From NCBI GenBank assembly GCA_009103225.1, contig RHPI01002090.1:184625-248624 (forward strand): a stretch of DNA of 64,000 nt, written 5' to 3'. The notes under the pieces were generated by a model. It was not told where the DNA came from, searched no databases, and worked only from the letters and a program-made list of their open reading frames with translations. The DNA is from Chlorokybus atmophyticus. Its lineage: Eukaryota; Plantae; Mesostigma and Chlorokybus algae. Shown piece by piece: positions 38,518 to 50,052 of the stretch (positions are counted from its first letter, which is position 1; each line of letters begins with the position of its first letter). Position numbers and translations under genes: made by a program.

Positions 38518-39930
38518 TCAGATCACATGTGCTTCGTTCCTCAGCTTATCTATCAAGTCGTCCACATCTTTCACCAAGCCGCCACCTTTGCGCACTGGCG
38601 GCTCCGCAACATTCACAACCTGCATATATTGCATAGAAGGGCTCAGCAAACAGGCGCTGAAAACCGCAGACCCATGAACTCAAGGAGCGCTGTTCGTACT
38701 TGTAGCTGTGGTGTAACATCAACGCCGAGGTCTTGCGGTGTAATCTTCTCGATGGGCTTCTTCTTGGCCTTCATGATGTTTGGCAGTGTAGCATAACGCG
38801 GCTCATTGAGGCGCAAGTCAGCCCTATTATTGAACCATCAGTCTCATAACCTCAAGCCTTTGCTGCGCAGAACCTATTACGCTTAGTAGCTGACACGTAC
38901 GTGATGACAGCTGGCAGCTTCACGCTGACCGTCTCCAGGCCACCGTCAACCTCGCGCGTAACCATTGCTTTTGTCTTGGCGTCATCAATCACAACCTGGC
39001 GTCAACCATAAGGAATCTGTCTATTGAAGGCAATGCTGGCTGTAGTATCAGTGCAGGCCCCAACAGCCCACCTTGGATGCAAAGGTGGCTTGCGGCCATT
39101 TGAGCAGTGCGGCAAGCATCTGCCCCGTTTGGTTGCAGTCGTCGTCAATGGCCTGCGCAGAGTGTGAGGATGTTGAATGCGTCAATGCTGTGTCATCTGA
39201 CATGCACATACTTGCAGCAAGGGACACATTATAAAGTTGTAAATCATCGACAGTGCTCTTACTCACTCACTTGCTTGCCCAACAGCACTAAGCCAGCCTT
39301 CTCCTTCTCAACCAACGCTCTGAGCAGTGAACAAGCCGATCCAGTCCAGGTCAAGGGCGACACATATGCACATACACCCACAAGCACTAGGAGCCAATGC
39401 CTGCGTGCAACAGAGACAAAGACATAAGCAGCATAGACGCGTGTGGGCGGATATGTTTTGAGACGGCCAGCGGTTGAAGCTCGCCCTCATGCGTGACATG
39501 CACAGCGCGGTCTGCACCCATCGCAAGCGCGCTCCGCAACGTGTCCTGCAGGTGAGGGCGGCACTTAGCGACATTGCGCACAGCACGCATTCATGTAAAA
39601 AAATGCAAGTATGGCAGCATGTCCCTCACACCTGTGCGAAGGCGGGTCCGGCAGAGACAGCAACGACCTCGGTCGCAACGCTCTTCGCCTTCAGCCTCAG
39701 CGCCTCCTCAAGCGCAATCTCGCAAAAGGGGTTCGTCGACATCTTCACATTGGACATGTCTACACCGCTCTGAGCAAGGAACCAACTTCAGCATAAACAC
39801 ACTTGAACATGTCTGTTCTTGACAAGGTATTGAAACCCAATGAAAGCCATCCAACACGTGCCTTGTCTGCTTTGACTCTGATCTTTGTGGCATAATCGAT
39901 CACGCGTTTGACCCCAACCAGGATCTTCAT
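38518..39930 (-). CDS. ETFB: Electron transfer flavoprotein beta subunit
   Basis: [23 protein letters not shown] / [18 protein letters not shown] / [17 protein letters not shown] / LVLLGKQ / [27 protein letters not shown] / [21 protein letters not shown] / [23 protein letters not shown] / [28 protein letters not shown]. Confidence 0.97.
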
Positions 39931-40721
39931 GGTATAGGAGTGAACAAGAGCTCGTGCAGCAGCAGCAAAAGGATCAGCTGCTTTGAAGCTCAGCTGGCAC
40001 AAAACATGCTACTTCACAAGTCTTTGCGCTCGGGCCTCTTTTGCGACGAGTGACAACTGCAGAAGCTAGCTACAGGTGTTATCTCTGCGTAGCAACGTGC
40101 AAGTGTACCTTGACACGCGTTGACCTTGAGCTTCAACACATGTTGGGAGCAAGACTTGGCCTCTCAAACGACCAGCAGCAAACAGTTGTAAGTGGAAGCT
40201 TAAAATGGCTCACACAAGCTGCAGAACTCATCAACATAAGATTACATGGACCAAAATGATGCTTAGACATCAGCAATGATACATCAACAATTGACATTCC
40301 AGTGATGGTGCTTGCATTACCACTCACCACGCACGGCGGCAGCCAATTCGCCCAACAGACTGCGGTAAAAATGAAACCTCAGGCATGCGGCTTCTTCCTG
40401 TTATCGCTAACGCTCGCTTGCGACATTCACCATCTAAGCGAGAACACGCACGAGCTGCTCCTAAGCACCGCCGCTATATGCTCAGCAACAGCATGGCCAA
40501 TGCGAACAGCGCCACGTGGATGCTAACGTGGCAGTTCGTCACTTCGTTACTGCGTTACGCTGAAAGCCGTATTCTAGGCAACGAGTTGCTTGATCTCAAC
40601 CGTCCGATCGGATCTGCTAGCACCACACTACTCAAACCGTCCGATTGGAGCCCCAGTGGTTGGGGCCTTAGGTCTGCAGGTTCTCTAAGCATCATATGGC
40701 GTTTTTCAACAAGGTGTAGGC

Positions 40722-40917
40722 ATACCTTTCTCGGCCTTTTGGCTAAGATCAAGTGTAGTATCTGTTCTTATCAGCTTAATATCTGATACGTGGCCCATCG
40801 GGTCACAATGATATTAAACTAATTTGTTTGGGTGGGGGTCTCGTATGGGTGGGCTTGCTCACCCGAGGCTCCCGGCGTCGCCTCAGCATTGCACTGCAGC
40901 AGAGGAGGGCGCAGCCC
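40722..40917 (+). ncRNA. U2: U2 spliceosomal snRNA
   Basis: 5' AUACCUUUCUCGGCCUUUUGGCUAAGAUCAAGUGUAGUAUCUGUUCUUAUCAGCUUAAUAUCUGAUACG with the branch-site motif GUAGUA. Stems IIa, IIb, III and IV all base-pair, and the SL IV loop contains CAUUGCAC. Confidence 0.98.
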
Positions 40918-41170
40918 ACCCCTTCCAAGGGGACCACCACTACCACAAAACCCACACTTTGCCACAAGTTTCCCCAACTCACCCTGCCAACTCCCGCTCA
41001 TGCCACCATCACACCAACTCCCGCGTCGCCTCAGCATTGCACTGCAGCAAAGGAGGGCGCAGCCCACCCCTTCCAAGGGGACCACCACTACCACAAAACC
41101 CACACTTTGCCACAAGTTTCCCCAACTCACCCTGCCAACTCCCGCTCATGCCACCATCACACCAACTCCC
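40875..41170 (+). repeat. Two-copy 148-bp tandem duplication of U2 stem-loop IV plus 3' flank
   Basis: Units start at 40875 and 41023 (gcgtcgcctcagcattgcactgcagc...) and differ by one visible substitution (agagg vs aaagg). Confidence 0.95.
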
Positions 41171-41877
41171 GTCGAACCGCCTTGACCCAGCACTCTAGTC
41201 AGCATTCTTGTCCAATCTGACGTTGCCAACTTGTGATTGTTACGTAAACCCTCAGTTGCATGCCTTACGAAGTTGGTAGTACCATTGGGCAGCACACACA
41301 GTATCAACCACTTTGTTCCACTTTGATGTCATAAACATGGTTGTCAATGTCAATGATTCTCTATCAACACTACTGTATGCACAGTAAGCAAAGCAAAGTA
41401 CACAGTGATGCACAGAATAGCGTAGGCAGCAAAAGCAATAGCAATAGTCGCGACAACAAAACGAGCAGGATGCAATCGGCTGGCCTGGGCCCCTATACAT
41501 TGTAACCGCAACAACCCATAGACAAGCAAACATGCGAGGGCAAGTAGGGGAGCAGGCAAGTAGGAGGCAGCAGGCACGACCAGCAACCACTCCAGCGCGC
41601 ATGCTGAAATGTGTAAGCCGCGCCACGTTAGCAACTGCCAAGTGCGGGGAATGCAACCTGTGGCGGCTCCCATTCCTGGTCCGGAATAGCCTGCACTGGA
41701 GTCACAGACTCACGTTACAAGGCACAACCTCTTGCACTTGTTCTGCATGAGCTCCTCACAAGCGACTAAAGCCGATTACATAATGATCAACATATTTAGT
41801 TGCAGGTCATTATAATACAATTTAATCAAGTACCCAACCCCACCACCCAACCCCACCACCGGCACCTAACTGCCAGC
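41045..41877 (+). repeat. Direct repeat copy A (~830 bp), matching 47087-47919
   Basis: Offset 6042; the ORF track shows identical ORFs at 41252/47294, 41350/47392 and 41532/47574. Confidence 0.95.
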
Positions 41878-43254
41878 ACCAGCGAACTGCCAATGACACC
41901 AATCTACCAGCAGATTAGCTCCCATCTGAACGGCCCTGCGCGTGCAGTGCTGACGTAGGCAGCACGTTGCGAAGGTTCGGGTAGAGTGGCAGCGGGCCGC
42001 GGCATGAGCGGCGAGATGCAGAGAGTGGCGGGGAAGAGGGAGAATGAAAGGGAGGAAGCCGTCGTTATTGTGATTGCCATGCTGCCTATTGACACCAGCG
42101 ATAAACAGCAGCCCGTGTGGGCAGGTGATAATGGAACATACATGCATGCATGCATGACCAAAGGGGTAGCTAAGTAATGGTAGTTGAGTGCGTTAGAAGT
42201 ACCTAGCCTGGTGGTGAATTAGCACTGTGACTGCTTCTGACTGTTTGCTTGCGGCATGTGCATGACTGCATGCATGTCTCATGCTTATTACCCCTTCATG
42301 CGGTCTTATCAGCACTCCATCTTTTGTACACATTCTATGTAGTACATGTATGCATGCTCCACACCACAGCACGTGACGGATGTCACAGCGTGATATGCAA
42401 AAAACCAATCAATAAACATACGTAGCCGTAACACTTATCATCGACCGCACGCGTCACGTGAGGATTTCGTGACGTGTAATTCACAAGACGTTGGTTATAA
42501 ATAACAGAACTGCATGAGATTTAATAAAATGAAACAATTTATACATATATATTTAAATATATATATATCAAGTTAAGAACATATAAACACCTGTAATTTG
42601 TTATGTTGAATATGCTATTACTTTTGCCACATATATCGTTTATGGTCTGATGTTGTATAAAACGTTTTACAATGGATTGTGTAATTGGGCTTGCTTGCAT
42701 TGATATGCTCAAGATGTGAGTCGTGTAAAATCATGCATAACCACTTAGCAAGTACAAAACAAGCGCCGTAAAGTGCGCAACAAGCACACAACGGGCAGAT
42801 ACCAAGCAAAGCAACAGGCAGGCGGGAATGTTAATGAAAAGTTATAGCGGCATACAAAGCTAGTCAAGTGCTTTAAGTACATATGCTCTATGTGCCCTAA
42901 GTGCAATAACGGCGATTGATTGATCAATGAATAACCAACATGAAGCATATAGACATGAAACTTATTATTACATACCGCATCATTTGGATTGATGCACATC
43001 GGTCACAACATCAGGTATGACTCAAATATGGCAGCCCGCTCAGCCATATTTTAAACTTGACGAGCAAACTCTGCAACGTCAAGCAGCTGTTTGACGTTGC
43101 CACAGCCAGGCGACAGGGGCGGCGGCGGCGGCGGCGGCGGCAGCATTGTCGCCCTCGGCTTCGTGAGATTTAATCTTCACCACCATAGGAGTGTATAGAC
43201 AGAGGCGGGCAGGCGGGCAAGATAAAACCCAAGAACTACCACCACCACTAAGCC

Positions 43255-44831
43255 ATGGCTAAGGACGCCCCAAGCGCCCGCTGCTGCCAGCGTCCGCTGA
43301 TGGACTTCACCAACAAGCCGCTTTACCAGGTCGGTGAGAGCTCTCAACCTGCTGACGGAAACAAGAAGGCCAGGAGCGGCCTGAGGGTGGCCAGCAGCAT
43401 GCAGGAGGCAGCTGCTTACAACCGAAAAGCAGGCCTGAAGAGGTCTGGCTGCACATCATGGCTGGCGTTGGGCATCAAGAACAACGGCCGGGACACTGAC
43501 GCACTGTACCGCCTGGACCCCGACGAGGACGAGCATACGCCAAAGTATGACCCCAACGCACTCAAATAGCTCTGCCAGCTGCTCTCCATCAACCGCAGGG
43601 TACTGAGCGTTGCTAATGCTGTCACTGTTGCTGATGTTACCAACGCTAACGCTAATGCTATTGCTGCAGCTGATGATGATGACGATGATGATGATGATTA
43701 TGTTGTTGTGGTGGTCGTTGTTGTCGTTGTCGTCGTCATTGTTTTTAATGCTGCTGATTTGTATGCTGCTGCTATTTTTGTGCTGATGCTGATGCTGTTG
43801 TTGTTGTTATAATTATTGTTGATATCGTTGTGGTTGTCTTGTTTTTTATTCTTGTCATGCCAATGTTATTAACACTGCTGACTTGTATGATGATGCTGTT
43901 GTCGTGCATGCACAGTCAATCATTAAGGCAACAATATCGTAAGCTCAATGGGTCAACTCTACTCTGATCTTGACTAACAGGTGGCGGAAGGTGGCAGCTG
44001 GCATAGCCAAAACAGAGCCCGTGCCTACGGATGCGTTGCAGCGCTGCCCGGCACTGCCATTATCGGTCCTCTGCCGTGGGCTGAAAACGCTGCTCGTGTT
44101 ATTTTTATTTAACCCGCAAGCGTGCAACACGTATGTTACGACGGTCGAGGGCATGCTCAAGGCTGTCGGGAAAGACTTGAGGGACATTGCCATTGAGGAC
44201 AACAGCTTGCATCTAACGAAGAAGCCCACGCACGGGCCCCGCTACGCACAGCTTCTTCATGTAGTGGGCAGCCAACTGCCCAAAACTCACGGTTCTCAGC
44301 AATGGTGGGGTTGCCAAGATTGCCAACGATGCCGTCCTCGCCGTGGCCGAGACTTGCCTTATCATGGAGGACTTTGCGTGCAGCGCACCTCTCACCAACC
44401 CGATCTTCATCCAAGCAATCAGTTATTGGAGAAGTCTGGTTGGCGTGGAGGTGACGGGCAAATTTTCGGCATCAAGTCTTCAACGGCTTTCTGCGTGCAC
44501 TCAGCTGAGAGAGCTCACTCTCCACACCAACGGCACGCCCGAGGCCTTCACGAGGCACATAAACGGGGGCAACTTTCCAATGACCTTACACCCCACCCTA
44601 AAGCACCTCAGTCTGAGCCGGAACACGAACCGGAAGGCCGGCATGATCCTGTTGTACAGGTTCCCCGAGCTCGAGCACATTGAGGTCCACATCCCCAACC
44701 TTAGTGGGCAACAAGAGCTGGCATTCAAGTGGAGGTTGGGCGGCCTGAAGTATCTTTGTGCACAGAGAGGTGTGGCAGTGCACAAACCCGCCTGTTCAGC
44801 TGCTTTGTTTGCAGAGGTAATTGCACTGTGA
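43255..44831 (+). pseudogene. F-box/LRR-like gene, copy 1 (disrupted)
   Basis: The F-box-like PEEVWLHIM lies out of frame; in-frame TAG at 43567-43569 where copy 2 has CAG; microsatellite intron; frameshift near 44280; LRR-like GVAKIANDAVLAVAETCLIMEDFACSAPL...LQRLSACTQLRELTL...PELEHIEVHIPNL. Confidence 0.7.
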
Positions 44832-46926
44832 CGGTGCGTTAGCTTGCAATCCAATTAAGCCAGTGGCAAAGGTGTCCTCCATGTCCGTCAATGCAATGTG
44901 CATACGAGATGTGTGATGGGGTGCAAAGTTACACGTGCCAATGTGTACATGAGTGTACATGAGTGCACTATTGGATTACATTACATGGACATGTACATTT
45001 GTGCAATTCGCAGCATCTGACATCAGCTCAAACTGCTTAATAACTTCAGTAGCTGCACGACACTCGATGGCAGCAAGACCCAATTGTTCACGATAAGCGC
45101 ATGCCCTTGCAGCTCATCACTGTCCTTGCACACCAACTACAACGAGAATGCACAGCATGCATGCTTTGTAACAGACCATGATGTAAACACAATCAATGTA
45201 TTGGCGAACTTGCCAATAGACTATAGCAGCTATTGCTATTAGAAGCGCATGTGCAGCCACCCAATGTATTCAAAACCAATGTACATGCAATCACATGTCA
45301 ACTTTAACAAGGTTCAATTAAGCATTAATGAGAGGGGGGTAAAATACCACAACGAGCTGGAACATAAGGTTGAGGTGTTGGGATGTGAACAATTGCATTT
45401 GCAATATTGTACATAGTATTGTACTGTGTAAAGTGTGATGATGTTTGTGTGAAAGTTTGTGAATCTGTCAATCATTCAACCATGCCAGACATTAGCTGAA
45501 TTCAATGCTTGTCAGTGGCCATCAACCACTGTCCGCTAGTAAACGTTCGCTTATATAATGCACAACCTTGTTTTGAAATGTGCAGCAGACCCTTTGCCGT
45601 AATTGTAAATCTTTAAATTGACGGATTGTATTATCTGAAGCCTATGCCTTCCGAAGAAGCAGCAATGCTCATTAGCATCTACTTGAAACATCATCATAAG
45701 AATACAAGTGGCAATGCTTTTTGTATTGCTGGCCAAGCTGGCCAAGCTGGCCAAAAAGCTTTTTGACTTGGGACTTCAAGATTCTCATGCTATTCATAGC
45801 ATATGTGCATTTGTTGGGGATCAGCTGCTCACTCGCGTTGGCCGTTGTAGTGTCTGGGTTTTGGACTTGCAGAAACAATCACAAGGATTGCAGAGTGAGG
45901 TAAAAAGCCTCTTGAACCGAATTCAATGTTTGTCACCGGTCACAAGAGCCCCGAGTTCAAGCCAGAGCTGGTGCATTGGCGTCCACCATTATTGAAAGTG
46001 CTGTTCTTAGCGAGATGATGCAGCGATTGCGGGAATGCGGAACTGAGCTTTGATGTTGCAGTGGGCGTTTATGCAAACCCCAGGTATATATGCCCACATG
46101 TCTTCCGCATCCAAGTTACCAACAAGTATGTACTCGCATCGTCTAGATTGTACTGAGACGACATCATAGTAAACACGGCCGTCGTCAACCACAAAACCGC
46201 ATGATATTTGTGGCATATTTGGATTATAAACAATATGTGTCAACATTTAAGATATGGTAGACAAATGTCTCACGTTATCAAAGAGATATAAAGTTCTTTT
46301 ACGGCTAGTTTCATATTCAACACGCACACATATCAATAAGCCATGTAGCCCACTGCAGTTACATCATGTAAACACTCGCGGAATCGTTTTTGTACAGTGT
46401 ACATTAACATTATGCATGATAGCAATATGCGTTAGTATGTAACGATGACGCTGCAAGTGTTTTATGCACATAACGTTGTAACCTTGATACTATTATTATT
46501 GCACGATAAAAAAACCTTCAAAAGTTACTATTGAAGGTTTGTATATTGGATAAAAGCAAAGTAATATGATGAATGTAAATGTAATGAACATGCACATGCG
46601 CATTACACATGATGCAAGTATCCGCTTTGAGCAGCCTATTAATGTACAAGAAAAAGCTACTCACCGATGGCATGCAAAAAATGGGAGCGCACCTTCAGAA
46701 ACTTACCCAACTTCCTCCTTTTACAGTCTCTGTAATGTAACATGCACATACACATGCACGGGCATGTGCATGTTACGCTTGGATGATGACGGAGCAAGAC
46801 ATGAAAGGATTAAAAGCAAAAGACTATACAAAGCACGATCAAACACATATGCACAGTCATTAGTAAAAAAAGTTCTTTATAGAACGAAGTACACATACCG
46901 GGTAAAATTCATACGATACGTTTGTA

Positions 46927-47026
46927 CGGTATTTACGTTTACTCGAACTTCAAGTAAACGTAACATAGTATAATATGATCGTACGCTATTTGCGTTTACT
47001 CAAACTTCGAGTGAACGTTAATACCG
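46927..47026. repeat. Nested palindromes: four copies of a CGTTTACTC-like motif in alternating orientation
   Basis: Hairpins at 46933-46963 and ~46993-47017; the outer arms 46927-46947 and 47006-47026 match at 19 of 21 positions. Confidence 0.85.
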
Positions 47027-47086
47027 ATCGATCGTGTTGTCATTGTAAATAGGAGATGATATTTGAATTGAATGAAAGCCCCCCCC

Positions 47087-47919
47087 CAGCAGAGGAGGGC
47101 GCAGCCCACCCCTTCCAAGGGGACCACCACTACCACAAAACCCACACTTTGCCACAAGTTTCCCCAACTCACCCTGCCAACTCCCGCTCATGCCACCATC
47201 ACACCAACTCCCGTCGAACCGCCTTGACCCAGCACTCTAGTCAGCATTCTTGTCCAATCTGACGTTGCCAACTTGTGATTGTTACGTAAACCCTCAGTTG
47301 CATGCCTTACGAAGTTGGTAGTACCATTGGGCAGCACACACAGTATCAACCACTTTGTTCCACTTTGATGTCATAAACATGGTTGTCAATGTCAATGATT
47401 CTCTATCAACACTACTGTATGCACAGTAAGCAAAGCAAAGTACACAGTGATGCACAGAATAGCGTAGGCAGCAAAAGCAATAGCAATAGTCGCGACAACA
47501 AAACGAGCAGGATGCAATCGGCTGGCCTGGGCCCCTATACATTGTAACCGCAACAACCCATAGACAAGCAAACATGCGAGGGCAAGTAGGGGAGCAGGCA
47601 AGTAGGAGGCAGCAGGCACGACCAGCAACCACTCCAGCGCGCATGCTGAAATGTGTAAGCCGCGCCACGTTAGCAACTGCCAAGTGCGGGGAATGCAACC
47701 TGTGGCGGCTCCCATTCCTGGTCCGGAATAGCCTGCACTGGAGTCACAGACTCACGTTACAAGGCACAACCTCTTGCACTTGTTCTGCATGAGCTCCTCA
47801 CAAGCGACTAAAGCCGATTACATAATGATCAACATATTTAGTTGCAGGTCATTATAATACAATTTAATCAAGTACCCAACCCCACCACCCAACCCCACCA
47901 CCGGCACCTAACTGCCAGC
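47087..47919 (+). repeat. Direct repeat copy B, starting inside U2 stem-loop IV and ending at a single N (47920)
   Basis: Follows a C-run (gaaagcccccccccagcagaggagggc). Carries the agagg allele of the intact U2 but only one 148-bp unit. Confidence 0.95.
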
Positions 47920-50052
47920 NGTGGCATTTGATAACATTCAGATGTCTTTGTCCGTTGCACCCATTACACTTTAAAGTTAACAATTACAGCTTCATAACAC
48001 ACGAGTTAAAACGCCCATGTAGTAACCTATGGTTGAACACAAGCCTACTACCATACCGTGTGTGCGTGCGTGCGGTTTCGTTGGCATGCAGAAACAGGTT
48101 GGAGTGCATTGGGCCATACCACTGTTGCCGCGCGATGCATTTATGGCACGCGCGTAGTCATTGTGCGTTTGACTGTGAATGTGCGTGTCGTCAGTCAGTC
48201 ACCAACAGCACGTAGGTCACTGTGTGTGTTCAGCCACTCGGTGCGTAAGAATCTATGCATTGGTATGTGCAAATGCAGTCAGTCAATGCGCGCGCGCGTG
48301 CGTGCGTTGTTGTGTGTGCAGTCAGTCAGTGCAAGTGCATGTGCATAAATGTTGATGTGTTGTTGTGTGGATGTGTGTGTTGGCTGCTACTGCTCTCAAA
48401 CGCTGATAGTTGATGTGTGCTGGCTGCCGCTGCCCCTCACCCTCTTGCCCGGTCAGGTGCAGACCAATCAGGCCACCAGGGATGCCATGCGACCGTCCTG
48501 CTGCAATCACGGTGATTACGCCACAGCAGGCGGCGTCAGGCAGGCCAGATGATTGGGACAATGCTTTGAGTACATCTTTCTTGCCCTCCATCACTTCCCT
48601 GCTGCAGTCCGGCGCAGCCAGGCCATGTCAATTCGAAGGCAGTGGCGTCAATCAGGCCGGGTCCGTGTGTTCAGTGTTGACACGCGCACGCGTGCAGAAC
48701 CACGCGCGGGCGCGCACACACGCATACGCGCATGCGCACGCGCACGCGCACACGCACGCGCACATATTCTGCTTACATGCATGGGCGTGCGCGCGCATGC
48801 ATGTAGGCAGCTAAGTTGTGTGCACGCGCGCACACACGCGCACACGCAATGACTGGCTGACTCACTGAACACAACGCATGCACACGCACTCACGCAGGCA
48901 TGTAGGTGTGCTTACATTCGTGTACGCAGGAGTGTTGGCGCTGACCTATTGTCTAGGAGGAGGTGGGTGTAGTAATAGTGGATGTGCAGGTCGTAAGTAG
49001 ATTCTGTTTTGCAGGTGTAGGTAGGATAAGGCACTGTGAGTAGGCAGTTCTGTAGGTGTGCATAAGTGTAGGTAGAGTAAGCGGTAGTGACAACTCTACT
49101 GCTCAAACACATTGATGAGCTTGCGTTTGTGACCTCTCATGCTCCTGTGTGGTGCATGCTGGAAAAAGGATTGTCATGATTGGGTTGTGCGCGTGCGTTC
49201 ATATGCACGCGCAAATGCTGATGCACAGATCAGCAAACATCTTGACACATCACTTACAGCCTGTAAGTAGTCTGAGATGTATGGATTGACATAAGCCCAC
49301 TGATGCATATACGCATGCACACATACTTGCACATGCGCATGCTCACAGAGTTACCATTTGTATGAGCACACACATGCGTCATGCATGTCTGTGACAACAG
49401 CCTATATACGTATGTACTTGCAGTGTGTGTGTGCAGAGCACTTTGCTACACTATCTGTGTGACAGACATGCATTGCTTATTACATGAATGCACATAGTTG
49501 CACGTGTGCATGCACGCATCGCATGCATAAAGGTTAGCGTGCACGTTATCAATAACGGGTTGGCATTGTACAAACATACGCACAACATATATGACATCTT
49601 AGCAATTGGCAAATGCTGTAGGCAAGGCGCCAACCTGATGTAGGTAGGAATGACGGCGCATTAAGACTTGTGTTGTGCACGGGTTGCCACACACTGGTTT
49701 GTCACAAGGGAGACTATGCACCTCTCCTATTACCTGTAAAGAGTACAACCTAGCGGTATGTAGTTTACGAGTTGTGAACCACAACTTCCATTTATGTGAC
49801 AAATTGTCATTGAATGCAAAGCCGAGAGAACAACTGAACCGAACGCGCGCGCGCCCTTTTTTCGCCATGTTCAAAAGTTTGAACAAAAGCTTGACGCTCA
49901 ACGCTCTCAAACGCTCTGCTCGACATTGAAACAGCCAGGCGGCGGCGGCGGCATTACCGCCCTCGTCGGCGGCGGCGTAAGCCTTACTCCCACGGTCGCA
50001 GGGGATGAGGAGTAGAGGCAAGGAGAACCAAGCGCGATACCACCACCAAGCC

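Noticed and set aside
41350-41673. Hydrophobic 107-aa minus-strand ORF (also at 47392-47715) as a membrane protein
   Set aside because: Upstream exon candidates hit stops in all frames, no family motif is recognisable, and hydrophobicity is expected from T/G-rich sequence.
41045-47919. LTR retrotransposon with 830-bp LTRs
   Set aside because: No TG...CA ends, primer-binding site, polypurine tract or gag/pol remnants; the repeat starts inside U2 and ends at an assembly N.
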